Below, one piece after another: positions 30,926 through 40,298 of a stretch of DNA of 64,000 nt. The stretch is taken from NCBI GenBank assembly GCA_963825395.1, contig CAWGTQ010000016.1, forward strand, positions 388,269-452,268, given 5' to 3'. The notes under the pieces were generated by a model. That model was not told the origin of the DNA. It was given only the letters and a program-made list of their open reading frames with translations, and made no database searches. The position numbers were made by a program, and so were the translations under genes. This DNA is from an uncultured Acidobacteriota bacterium (GTDB lineage: Bacteria; Acidobacteriota; Terriglobia; UBA7540). The first letter of the stretch is position 1; every line of letters begins with the position of its first letter.

Positions 30926-31134
30926 GTTGGAGACGTCCGCAGGTTACCACCACGCCCCGACCCCTTCAAGGACCCACCCAGAACGCGATCGTTGTAGCCA
31001 CAATCGACGTCAGACATGGCATCGAGGGAAAAGCCCACGGACAGAAAAGCGCTGTCCGTGGCTACCAGCTCGGTCTGCGCCAGCCGGCGTTTGACGTGTA
31101 GACTCGAAGGGAGCGCTGTTATAGCATTGCTCGT

Positions 31135-31545
31135 ATGAAAAAAGGGAAATCCGGCATCCGCGGGTTGGCCGCGAAGAGCAACGCCGTTTCGAGGAGCGTG
31201 GACGAGTACCTCGCAGGGGTTCCGGAACCCGCCCGCAGTACCCTGAACAGCCTTCGCGCGGCGATTCGGTCTGTTGTGCCAGCGGAGGCTACGGAGGCCA
31301 TCAGCTATGGGATGCCAACGTTCAAGTACAAGGGGTCGCTGCTGGCGTTCGCCGCGTTTCGGCACCATTGCAGTTTGTTCCCGATGAGTATGTCCGTGAT
31401 GCAAGTGTTCGAGAACGAACTCAGGGACTTCCGCGCGTCCAAAGGAACCCTCCACTTCCCGTTGGACAAGCCTCTGCCCGCCGCTCTGGTGAAAAAGCTG
31501 GTGAAGGCGCGGATTGCGGAGAACGAACGCAAAAAACGGCGCTGA
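31135..31545 (+). CDS. DUF1801 (YdhG-like) domain protein
   Basis: This 136-aa ORF shows the typical pattern VDEYLAGVPEPARSTLNSLRAAI...ISYGMPTFKYKG. Confidence 0.7.
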   Translation: MKKGKSGIRGLAAKSNAVSRSVDEYLAGVPEPARSTLNSLRAAIRSVVPAEATEAISYGMPTFKYKGSLLAFAAFRHHCSLFPMSMSVMQVFENELRDFRASKGTLHFPLDKPLPAALVKKLVKARIAENERKKRR

Positions 31546-31548
31546 TGG

Positions 31549-31784
31549 GCGGGCTGGCGCAGAGACACTTTTCAATCTCTGCGTCTATGCTCCGGCTAGT
31601 GTGGGGGAAACGCAGACTCCCACCCGCACGGAGTCCGCGCCAGCCCCCGAACGGCGTCCGGCCCGCAAGCACCAGCGAACGTAGCGCTGACCTTGAGGTC
31701 AGCACGTGCCGACCTCAAGGTCGGCGCTACAATTTCCTCGCGGCTCCGCCGCGCTGCGCTACCGGTTTCCAATCTCCTGGCGAG
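31549..31784. repeat. composite ~250-nt repeat, copy B (contains a REP-B at 31681-31730)
   Basis: It is a direct repeat of 30330-30605 and begins 4 nt after the DUF1801 stop. Confidence 0.75.
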
Positions 31785-32066
31785 AAATCCTATCTTGCAG
31801 GGTGGCCCAAGAAAAAACCGCTCACCGCAATGAGTACGGTGAGCGGCGATGCTCGGGACAGATGAAGTAATGTCCCGTTATGAAGTCATACTTGGCGGTA
31901 CATAATGCCCAAGTACATATAGGATGTCAACGACTTTTTGTCTCAGCCGGCTAATTTCCTGCCTGTGAGTAAGTGGTAACCTTCCGATTCTAAACGGCCG
32001 ACGAAATTGCCCGTCATTCAAACCTGCCCCCGCCGGTGGCAGGGCTGCCTCCCGACACCGCCGCGC

Positions 32067-33494
32067 TCAGGCGTAGGCGTGCAGTCCGGGAAGCAGGTAG
32101 GTGACGCCGAAGAAAGTAAACATTACGATGCCGAAGCCGATGATGGCGAAGTAGGCCGAGCGCCTTCCGCGCCAGCCGCGCGTCAGACGCATATGCAAGT
32201 AACCGGCGTAGGTCATCCAGGTAATAAGCGCCCAATCTTCTTTCGGGTCCCAACTCCAATATGCGCCCCAGGTGCGATTGGCCCAGTAGGCGCCGGCGAT
32301 GATCATGAAGGTCAATAGGGGGAAGGAAATCGCTACGGTTTTGTAAATCAAACTGTCCAGGGAGTCACGGCTGGGCAGGTAGCCGACAATAGAATCGTAT
32401 TTCCAGTCCAGCACTTTCCAGGCGATGGAAGCGAACAGAGCCGTGGCCACGCCCGCCAGCAGGAACGGGCTATCCGCCAAGCGGACTTGGAAGCCCTGGG
32501 AATATTCGGGGAGGTAATGAGAACCGCCATTTACCTTGACGAGCAGGAGCGCCAAGGCCAGCGCCTGAGCTCCGAGCGCAGCCAGGAAGGCCCAGCGCAC
32601 GACCTTATCCCAGCGTTCCGGCCGGGCGGAATAGGTGGCCAGAAGGTTCATAACCAGGGTGGCCGCTGCCAGCGCCAAGGCCATGACAAACGGCCAGCCC
32701 AACGACTCCAGTGGCACCATCAAGGCCTTGTGAGGAGCAAGCATGACCCTCTCGCGAGCGATGGGATCCCAAGCGGCCATCGTCAGCGCCATGTCGCAAT
32801 TGACGCAAGTGATAGCAATGGCGCCGTATACCCCCACCACCAGGGCCGCACACCAGCTCAGGAAATTCCGGGTGGCAACGCCGTCTTTAACCAAGTATAG
32901 GAGCGCCACGGCAAACGAAATCGTAAAACCCGCGTAGCTCAGCATGGCCAGCGTCACGTGGATTTGCAGCCAGGTGGATTGCAAGGCCGGCACCAACGGA
33001 CGGATTTCTCCCGGCAACACTTGCATCAGGATGAGCGCCAGAGCGGCAATGGGAAGCGTGATGGCTCCCAGGAAGGGCAGTTTGAGTCGCCACTCCGCCA
33101 GGGTGTGCAGCGCCACGACCGCCCACGAAAACACCAATACCATCTCATAAATGTCTGAAAGCGGCGCGTGCCCGGAGGTCGACCAGCGTGCCAGAATGGC
33201 GATCGTGTGGAGTACCAGGCCGCTGCGCGAGAGCAATACCGCACCCTGTAACAGTTCCGGCTGCCGCAAGGCGACAGAAGAGCCATATAACACCGATGCG
33301 CCCAGATAAGCGATAAGCGCCACGTACAAGAATTTCTCGCCAGCTCTCGCACCCACAAACCACCCCTGATTGTTGATTAGATGGGGGACGGAGATCGCCA
33401 GCACCGTCAACGCCGCTACGCTCACCACCAGCAAGATCCAACTTGCGGCGCTGAACTGGCTGCGCTCAGTGGTGTGGGTTATTGCTTTCGCCAT
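32067..33494 (-). CDS. ccsA: cytochrome c biogenesis protein CcsA/ResC (system II)
   Basis: This is a polytopic membrane protein with the WWD-type haem-handling motif WGAYWSWDPKEDWALITW. Confidence 0.85.
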   Translation of the reverse strand: MAKAITHTTERSQFSAASWILLVVSVAALTVLAISVPHLINNQGWFVGARAGEKFLYVALIAYLGASVLYGSSVALRQPELLQGAVLLSRSGLVLHTIAILARWSTSGHAPLSDIYEMVLVFSWAVVALHTLAEWRLKLPFLGAITLPIAALALILMQVLPGEIRPLVPALQSTWLQIHVTLAMLSYAGFTISFAVALLYLVKDGVATRNFLSWCAALVVGVYGAIAITCVNCDMALTMAAWDPIARERVMLAPHKALMVPLESLGWPFVMALALAAATLVMNLLATYSARPERWDKVVRWAFLAALGAQALALALLLVKVNGGSHYLPEYSQGFQVRLADSPFLLAGVATALFASIAWKVLDWKYDSIVGYLPSRDSLDSLIYKTVAISFPLLTFMIIAGAYWANRTWGAYWSWDPKEDWALITWMTYAGYLHMRLTRGWRGRRSAYFAIIGFGIVMFTFFGVTYLLPGLHAYA

Positions 33495-33634
33495 GATTCG
33501 CTTCTCCTTTTTTGACCTGGCCCGAAACGCCCGATCGCGTGACGGAGCACTGCTGGGTCATTTTGTCCGTGACATCCTAGCGGATGTCCCCCGGTCTACA
33601 GCACTCATCACTGCTTATTAGCCCTTTATCCACT

Positions 33635-35083
33635 TTACGCCGCCGGGGCGTCCTCGCTTATCTCATCGGGCGCTTGCACTAAGGCGGCTTCGATTGCGTT
33701 CGTCAACTGATGGAACTTACGTTCAAAATTCTCGCGATACTTGCTTGGCTGCCCGCCCAGCAGGAGCACCGGCTGCCCCTTACGGTCCGCCGCCACTATA
33801 CCCCAAATGCGGATGTGCGAGAGGTACAAGGCCATCATTAATCCGGTGGTCAGGAGCAGACACCCGGCCCAGATCAGCCATTGCCCGGGTTCGTGCGCAA
33901 CCTGCAAGCCCGTCATGGAGTCCATCTCCACACTCACAAACCGGAAGTTGATGTTGGTGTCGTTGGGCGGATGTAATTCCGGCGACTTGGCCAACACCCA
34001 GGCGTTGGTGACTTCGCTGCCGGGCCTCGCCACCTGCAGGTGAATGGCGGGATTACGAGGCTCGTTCGACCGTGAGGTGATCTGGTTGTCCTGCAAGACG
34101 TAGTCGGGTAAGAAATCGGTCAGCGCGACGGCAGCGCCCTGCTCACCCAGCGGCGCCGACGCCCCGGGAGCCAATGTCAGCACTTGGTGTTTCTCCATCC
34201 CGTTTTCCTCCCAACTTGCCTGCATCACGAGCTTGCGGGGCGTGCCAGCGGGAGCGTAGGTTGCCTGGAAAAACCGCACCCCCTTATAGGTAAGAGGATC
34301 GTTTACATAAATCTTCTTCCGCGCCACCTCGCGGCCGTTTTCTAACACTGTTAATTGGCTCCAGTATTGCCGAGGGGATCCGTCAGGGTAAGCGTCCATG
34401 CCCGCCGCATCGCAACGCAAGGTGAAATCGAGGCGGCGGTGGACCCCTGGCATGGTAAGAGGTTCGACATCGTCGGTGCTCATCCCCGGCCGGAGGCTGA
34501 TGTACCCTTTGTAGCCGTGCATTCCATCAAAGATCGCCCCCGCAAATATAATCAACAGGCTTGCGTGGACAACGTAAGGAGCAAGACGCACCAGTCGGTG
34601 TTTTTCCACATAGAGCGTACCCTTGGGAAGAACATCAGGCCGAGGCGGGTGGCCAAGGTTTTCAAGAGTGAGCGCAGCCAGCGCCATCCCTTCCTTGGGG
34701 GTGTGAGGACCAAAAGGGATCTCGCGTTGGTACGGCAGCGCCCGGATGAAGGCCTCGTCGGCAAGAAAATGCGGCCGGGCATACAGCCGCCATACTTGGG
34801 GGAAGCGCTCAATGGACGCCAGCGTGATGTTGGCTCCCAGAAGACCCAAGAGCAGAATGAACCACCACGTGTGAAAGACGTCGAACAGTCCCACCGCATT
34901 CAAAAGACGGACGATCTGCGGAGCGTAGATCTGCTCGATTTGCCCTTCCTGGGCCATGGGCCTTTGCAGAATGAGCGTACCCAAAATCACTGATATTCCT
35001 AACAAGCCAAGTAACATTAACCCGCACTTTAGTGAACTGAAGAATTGCAAGAACTTCTCAAAGCTGGATTGACGACTTGCCAT
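33635..35083 (-). CDS. resB: cytochrome c biogenesis protein ResB/Ccs1 (system II)
   Basis: The internal ATG at 35083 gives MASRQSSFEKFLQFFSSLKCGLMLL. N-terminal TM helices, a large periplasmic domain and a C-terminal TM follow. It lies directly upstream of ccsA. Confidence 0.8.
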   Translation of the reverse strand: MASRQSSFEKFLQFFSSLKCGLMLLGLLGISVILGTLILQRPMAQEGQIEQIYAPQIVRLLNAVGLFDVFHTWWFILLLGLLGANITLASIERFPQVWRLYARPHFLADEAFIRALPYQREIPFGPHTPKEGMALAALTLENLGHPPRPDVLPKGTLYVEKHRLVRLAPYVVHASLLIIFAGAIFDGMHGYKGYISLRPGMSTDDVEPLTMPGVHRRLDFTLRCDAAGMDAYPDGSPRQYWSQLTVLENGREVARKKIYVNDPLTYKGVRFFQATYAPAGTPRKLVMQASWEENGMEKHQVLTLAPGASAPLGEQGAAVALTDFLPDYVLQDNQITSRSNEPRNPAIHLQVARPGSEVTNAWVLAKSPELHPPNDTNINFRFVSVEMDSMTGLQVAHEPGQWLIWAGCLLLTTGLMMALYLSHIRIWGIVAADRKGQPVLLLGGQPSKYRENFERKFHQLTNAIEAALVQAPDEISEDAPAA

Positions 35084-35445
35084 GAAGTGCTCCTGGTCTA
35101 AAGGCATCCCCGAGTCTTTCTCTAGCCTTAAAATCCCTGAATATCCCTCTATCGGCATCTCCGTTGCCAGCCCGGAAAAAATGTCCGGGCTCTATAATTG
35201 CTTGATAATGGATGGGAAATTGGCAGTACGTTTCCTTCCCAGGCGGCAACAGGGAACTCCTCGGTGCAAAAATTTGGGGCAAAAGCCACATGGAATTGCG
35301 CGTGGATACTCAATTTGTCCGTTTTTCGGTCATAGGGGAGCCCCTGCCCACTCACTTTGAACAACATCCAGACGGACGAAAAGGAACTCAAAATGCTGAC
35401 AAAAGGGCAGGTGTGAGAATAGCTCTTATATTGCAGGAGGTTAGA

Positions 35446-35742
35446 ATGAAGCCTTTTACTACTGTTCGTGATGCAGCCGACGTGAAGGAATTCGTTGCTG
35501 GTCCCAGGCCGGTAACTCCTTTCAAAGATGTTACTCCCATGGAAATGCAACCCACCTTCACCTTGACTTTCTCGATTGGAACCTCAATGCGGGAGATTCA
35601 TGATACGGTAATCCGTACCGTATTGCAGTTCACTCGGCACAATCGTCTGCGCGCTGCGCAACTGCTGCAGATCAACCCCCGGACGATCCGTCGTCGGTTG
35701 GGCAAAAAGGACGGGGCCGGTTCCGCCACACGAGCGGCCTAA
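35446..35742 (+). CDS. small Fis-type helix-turn-helix DNA-binding protein
   Basis: The ATG follows AGGAGG. The C-terminus LQFTRHNRLRAAQLLQINPRTIRRRL matches the Fis/NtrC-type HTH pattern. Confidence 0.6.
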   Translation: MKPFTTVRDAADVKEFVAGPRPVTPFKDVTPMEMQPTFTLTFSIGTSMREIHDTVIRTVLQFTRHNRLRAAQLLQINPRTIRRRLGKKDGAGSATRAA

Positions 35743-36060
35743 TATTCTTTCGTTCTCATCTATACGGCTCGCCCTTTGCTTTGCGAGGAGGGTCCCCGCC
35801 TCGTACCTTCCCATTACGAACCCGCACCCGGACCTTGATTCCGAGGGTGCGGTTTGTGCCGGTGACAGAGTGTCACCGGCACAAGGTCGCCACGCTCTCC
35901 TCCGCGATGACTCTCCAAAATTGGCGCTTTACGTGCTCCAAGCTTGTTCAAGCGTAGTCTCGATGAAAAACGCGCTGTGGGTGTTTGTGCAATGTGGGAC
36001 ATGGTTGAACATTCGGACCAAGAGGGAAGCTTGGGGGCGGGTGATTCGGTGGGCGAGCAG

Positions 36061-36462
36061 ATGAGCGGCCGCATCCTGATTATTGATGACGATCCACATT
36101 TCCTGCGCGTCCTTCAACGGATTTTATCCGGTGAGAAATTCGTAGTCACGGCGACCTCAAATCCCTGCGATGCCATTGGACTTCTGAGTTCTGGCAATTT
36201 TGATTTGATCATTTGCGATCTACGGATGCCTGATTGCGACGGTCTGAACATACTCCAAGCCATTCGTAGCGCCGGGAATGAGATTCCGGTTATCATTCTC
36301 ACCGCCTATGGTGAGGTGGATACATATTTGGAAGCCATGAATGCCGGGGCAACGGAGTATCTGAATAAGCCCATTAAGTCAGATGATCTCGTCCCGGTTG
36401 TCCGCAACTGCCTCCGTAAAGGCAATCACCGCCGCAGTTCCAAGCGATCTAATAGCGTCTAA
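36061..36462 (+). CDS. single-domain response regulator (receiver only)
   Basis: It carries RILIIDDD, the phospho-acceptor context DLIICDLRMPDCDG, and ILTAYG ... KP. Confidence 0.8.
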   Translation: MSGRILIIDDDPHFLRVLQRILSGEKFVVTATSNPCDAIGLLSSGNFDLIICDLRMPDCDGLNILQAIRSAGNEIPVIILTAYGEVDTYLEAMNAGATEYLNKPIKSDDLVPVVRNCLRKGNHRRSSKRSNSV

Positions 36463-36687
36463 AGTGCCCACCTTTTGAGATTAGGATTTCCAACCAAATC
36501 GTGGTTCCACCCACACTGTCTGCGTGAAGACGCACGAAACTGAGCGTATTGATGGGAATCAGGCCGGCGCGAGGGCCGCTGCCATGCGGTGCACACTGAG
36601 ATTTTTTGTGCTTTCCATGTCCCCTCGAATCTGGCCTGACCGTTTTCGCTTGACGAATCTTCGCAAAGAAACTTTCTCTGACCAACG

Positions 36688-39219
36688 TCAAGTTCTTAGC
36701 TCAACGATCGTCGCTCCGCCACCGCCTTCTTGGGGCGGGGCCAAGTAGAATTTCTCAACATGGGGGTGATGAGAAAACATCTCGTGCAGGGTTCTTCGCA
36801 GAATGCCCTTGCCGTGGCCGTGAATAATGCGCACCCGCGAGCGTCCACCCAGAAAAGCCTGGTCGAGATATTTATCCACGCGCTCGCGGGCCTCCTCCGC
36901 CGTATTTCCGATGACATTGAACTCCTCCGGGACTTCTTCGCTGCGCGATGTGGCCACCGTCGGATCCGGAGCGCCTCCCGGCATCAGAGGCCTGACCTCT
37001 TCCTTGCCGACGCGCATTTTCAATCGTCCCACGGACACTTCCACTAGCCCGCCCTCAAGCAGGGCCGTTACCGTTCCGGGTGTGGAAACACCCATCAATT
37101 GCACACGGTCACCGACCGCCATCGGCCGTACAACAGTGGGTTCTTGGGGCGCCGGAGCGGCCTCACCCAGCGCTTCCAGTACCCGAGTGTTCCATTCCTC
37201 CCGCGCCTCCCGCACCAAGCCGGTGGCTTTCCGCTCGCCCCGCGTCACCACCTTGACGGGCGCTGCTTGTCTGCGCAACTCCTCCAGTGATTGCTCCCAC
37301 GTCTTCGCGTACTGCCGCAAGGTGTCGTCCAAGCGGGAGTCAAGCTCTCGCAGCTTGGCGCGGCGGTCCTGCTGGAATTGCCGCTCCAATTGTTCTGCGT
37401 GTTTTTCCAGCTCCTGCTTTTCGATTTCCAGCGCCTTCAGATTGTGTTCCATTTCGGTGCGTTGCTGGTGCAGACCCGCCACCAGCGCGGCGGCCTCGGC
37501 GTCGGCCGGATGGAGCAGGGACCGTGCCTTCTGCACGATGCCAGGTTCCAAGCCCAATCGCGCGGCGATATCCAGCGCGCTCGATTTTCCCGGCAAGCCG
37601 ACGAGCAGGCGATAGGTGGGTTCCAGCGTCGCTTCATCGAACTCCATCGCCGCGTTCACGGCTTCCGCGGTTTCGGCGGCGTAGGCTTTCAGGCGCGAAT
37701 GGTGGGTGGTCACCATGGTCATAGCGCCGCGCTGGCGAAAGTGTTCGAGAATGGCCACGGCCAGCGCCGCGCCTTCGTTGGGCTCCGTGCTGGCGCCAAT
37801 CTCATCGAGCAGCACCAGATCGTTTGGCCCTGCCACTTCCGCCATGGCCTCGATGTTGGTCACGTGGGCGGAAAAGGTGCTGAGGCTCGCCGCAATGGAT
37901 TGCTGGTCGCCGATGTCCGCCAGCACGCGCCCGAACAGTGGCAGCTTGACTTCGTTGGCGGGCACGGGTATTCCCGCCTGCGCCATCAGTGCCACGATGC
38001 CCAGCGCCTTCAGCGCGACGGTCTTGCCGCCGGCGTTCGGTCCGCTGATGATCATCAGGGTTTTTGGCGCTTTCAGTTCCAGGTCAAGGTGGATAACCCG
38101 TGAATGCCCAGTGCTGAGGGCTAATAATAGGAGTGGGTGGCGAAACCCGTTCAGACAAATTGCCCGCTCCGGGCGAATCTCCGGAATGCAGCAGTCAAAT
38201 TGTTTGCTGAATTCGCCCTTGGCGAAGGCCCAGTCGATTTCGCCCAAAATGTCCGCTGCGCGCCTCAAGTCTTCGCGACGTTCTTGCAGTTTGCGCGTGA
38301 ACTCCCCCAGGATGCGCTGGACTTCCGCGAACTCGCGGTCTTGCAATTCCACCAATTCATTATTGAGAGCCAGCGTTTCCAGGGGTTCGATATAAACCGT
38401 GGCGCCGGAGGAACTGGACCCGTGCACCACGCCCTGCACGCGCCGTTTTTCCTCCACGCGGACGGGGATGACGAAGCGGTCATTGCGGATGGTCACCACG
38501 GCGTCCTGAAGCACGGTATCCTGGGAATAGCGCCGCAGCATCCGCTCCAGGCTCGACTGGATTTCAAGCTTGGCGCGCTCGATAGCCCGGCGAATCCGTC
38601 CCAACTCTTGACTCGCGGAAGAGTCCACGGTGCCATCGGGATTGATCTTGCCCGCCAGCTCCGTCACCAGGCTGCGGAAATCCGGCAGTGCGCGCGCCAG
38701 TTCCGCGAGGCGCGGCGTGGCTGACGGTGCTGCAGAGCCTGCCCGGAGCGGAGCGAAGGGGGCGAAAGGCGTTCGGCCTCCTTCCCCCGGGTGCGTCGCT
38801 GCGGGGCCGAGCGGCGCGCGGCCCCCTGTGCCCTCGTGTTGGGCGGCGCGCGGTGCGTCGCCATGCGCGAACGTGCGGTACATATCGAGGCCAGCCCGCG
38901 CCACTTCCACCAACGCCATGATCTCCGAGGCGGCGAGCGCCAGCCCTTCCACCCGCAATTTGTCCAGCAACGGGCCGGGGTCGCACAGTCCCGCCAGGCT
39001 GGGGCGAGCGCCCTCGCGTAAATACTCGCGTGCCTCGCCTGCCAATTCCAAATCGCGCCGAATCTTTTCCAGATGCGTGTGCGGTTCAACTCGCTCCAGC
39101 CGCGGCTCGCTGATGGGGCCGGAAAGATAACGGTGCAGCAGCTCAATAACGGCAGGGAACTCCAGCACGTCGCGGGAGAAGGGATCAATCGTCCTGTGCG
39201 TCAAGTCCGAGTCAGCCAT
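36688..39219 (-). CDS. mutS2: endonuclease MutS2 (with C-terminal Smr domain)
   Basis: This 843-aa ORF has the Walker A motif ISGPNAGGKT, DEIGASTEP, and the C-terminal Smr segment VRIIHGHGKGILR. Confidence 0.9.
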   Translation of the reverse strand: MADSDLTHRTIDPFSRDVLEFPAVIELLHRYLSGPISEPRLERVEPHTHLEKIRRDLELAGEAREYLREGARPSLAGLCDPGPLLDKLRVEGLALAASEIMALVEVARAGLDMYRTFAHGDAPRAAQHEGTGGRAPLGPAATHPGEGGRTPFAPFAPLRAGSAAPSATPRLAELARALPDFRSLVTELAGKINPDGTVDSSASQELGRIRRAIERAKLEIQSSLERMLRRYSQDTVLQDAVVTIRNDRFVIPVRVEEKRRVQGVVHGSSSSGATVYIEPLETLALNNELVELQDREFAEVQRILGEFTRKLQERREDLRRAADILGEIDWAFAKGEFSKQFDCCIPEIRPERAICLNGFRHPLLLLALSTGHSRVIHLDLELKAPKTLMIISGPNAGGKTVALKALGIVALMAQAGIPVPANEVKLPLFGRVLADIGDQQSIAASLSTFSAHVTNIEAMAEVAGPNDLVLLDEIGASTEPNEGAALAVAILEHFRQRGAMTMVTTHHSRLKAYAAETAEAVNAAMEFDEATLEPTYRLLVGLPGKSSALDIAARLGLEPGIVQKARSLLHPADAEAAALVAGLHQQRTEMEHNLKALEIEKQELEKHAEQLERQFQQDRRAKLRELDSRLDDTLRQYAKTWEQSLEELRRQAAPVKVVTRGERKATGLVREAREEWNTRVLEALGEAAPAPQEPTVVRPMAVGDRVQLMGVSTPGTVTALLEGGLVEVSVGRLKMRVGKEEVRPLMPGGAPDPTVATSRSEEVPEEFNVIGNTAEEARERVDKYLDQAFLGGRSRVRIIHGHGKGILRRTLHEMFSHHPHVEKFYLAPPQEGGGGATIVELRT

Positions 39220-39255
39220 AGTGGTGTGCCATTGTAGCAGAGGCGGGGCAGGGAT

Positions 39256-39376
39256 ATAGGATTCAGGATTTGGGATTTAGGACCAAAAACACGAGAGGCG
39301 CGGCGGGTACTTTCGACCGGCTCTTGATCTCAAGATTCGTCGAGGGACGATAAGGCGACTTTTCAAGCCGAATCCC
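39256..39376. repeat. 121-nt MITE-like element, copy 1
   Basis: ataggattcaggatttgggatttaggaccaaaaacacgagaggcgcggcgggtact...attcgtcgagggacgataaggcgacttttcaagccgaatccc is near-identical to 46703-46823 except for a ~20-nt centre. Confidence 0.7.
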
Positions 39377-39536
39377 AAAATTCGGTCGCATGTTGGGGTG
39401 ATGGTTGTTGCACCCTTGGTGAGTCGTGGGTAGGATGGGCTTTGTGATCTACCTCGACCACAACGCGACCACGCCCATACTGCCGGAGGTACTGGATGCG
39501 ATGATGCCGTACCTCACGACGGAATGGGGCAATCCG

Positions 39537-39584
39537 TAGGGCCGAACAGCGTTCGGCCATGGACCAGCGTTGCTGGTCCCTACA
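39537..39584. repeat. REP-C doublet inserted in the desulfurase gene
   Basis: It reads gtagggccgaacagcgttcggccatggaccagcgttgctggtccctac. Confidence 0.75.
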
Positions 39585-39784
39585 TTGTCTCCACGGCCCG
39601 CGAACAGGTGGCGGAGCTGATTGGAGCGCACCCACTGGATGTGATTTTCACTTCATGCGCGACGGAGAGCAACCATGCTGCCATCGCGGCGGCGCTCCGG
39701 GCCAACCCCACGAAACGCCACATTGTGACATCCCAAGTAGAACATTCGTCCGTGCTGAATTACTGCATGGCGCTGGAACGGGGC

Positions 39785-39870
39785 GGGTTATGTAGCGGCG
39801 GGTTTACCCCGCCATTGTCTGTTGCGCCCATGGCGCCAAATGGCGGGGTAAACCCGCCACTACATAACCC
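39785..39870. repeat. 86-nt palindromic insertion (GGGTTTACCCCGCCATT arms)
   Basis: It reads gggttatgtagcggcgggtttaccccgccatt...aatggcggggtaaacccgccactacataaccc. A related half-site lies at about 1787-1812. Confidence 0.7.
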
Positions 39871-40061
39871 GGGCTACCGCGTCACCTGCCTGCCGGTTGA
39901 CCGCGAGGGCTTGCCGCTCTTTTTCTGTTTTAGCTGACCACTGATAGCTGAGAGCTGACTGCTGCCGTTCTGACGGGCCACAAGTTTCATGTGCCTAAAG
40001 GCATTGGCGCGCTATACGTCCGGCGCAAATCGCCATTCTCACCCTTGGTCTACGGCGGGCA

Positions 40062-40298
40062 TTAGGATACCGCCAACCGCAGGTCCGCGGTGACGGGCAA
40101 TTCAAAGAGGTCGCTCCGCTGCAAGCGCGTCGAGAAGAACATCACCTCCAAGTTCTCTACTTCACGGGTGGTGGGATTCAGGCGCGCCACAACATCGTCG
40201 CCCAATTCCTCCGATTCCTGGGCAGGATACGGCGGGCACTTGTCAATATGCAGGATGTCGGCTTCCCGGTCGTACTTAAAGGTTAACTTCGCGTCCAT
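40062..40298 (-). CDS. DUF2283-family small protein (putative antitoxin)
   Basis: This 78-aa ORF (MDAKLTFKYDREADILHIDK...ENLEV) shows the typical DUF2283 pattern. Confidence 0.65.
   Translation of the reverse strand: MDAKLTFKYDREADILHIDKCPPYPAQESEELGDDVVARLNPTTREVENLEVMFFSTRLQRSDLFELPVTADLRLAVS

Larger units (their letters stand above)
39435..40065 (+). pseudogene. NifS/IscS-type cysteine desulfurase remnant
   Basis: The N-terminus reads [38 protein letters not shown] insertion supplies a stop (tag 39538-40). The frame resumes as AREQVAELIGAHPLDVIFTSCATESNHAAI...SQVEHSSVLNY. A palindrome insertion follows, then a fragment GYRVTCLPVDREGL, a deletion of about 150 aa, and finally GHKFHVPKGIGALYVRR. 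The remnant ends at the TA module. Confidence 0.75.

Noticed and set aside
30898-31575. 225-aa ORF on the minus strand.
   Set aside because: It is antisense to the DUF1801 gene and extends into repeat copy B. I see no homology signal.
37291-38103. 270-aa ORF, plus several other 100-260-aa ORFs on the plus strand between 36.7 and 39.2 kb.
   Set aside because: All are antisense or out of frame relative to mutS2, which has Walker A and Smr motifs.
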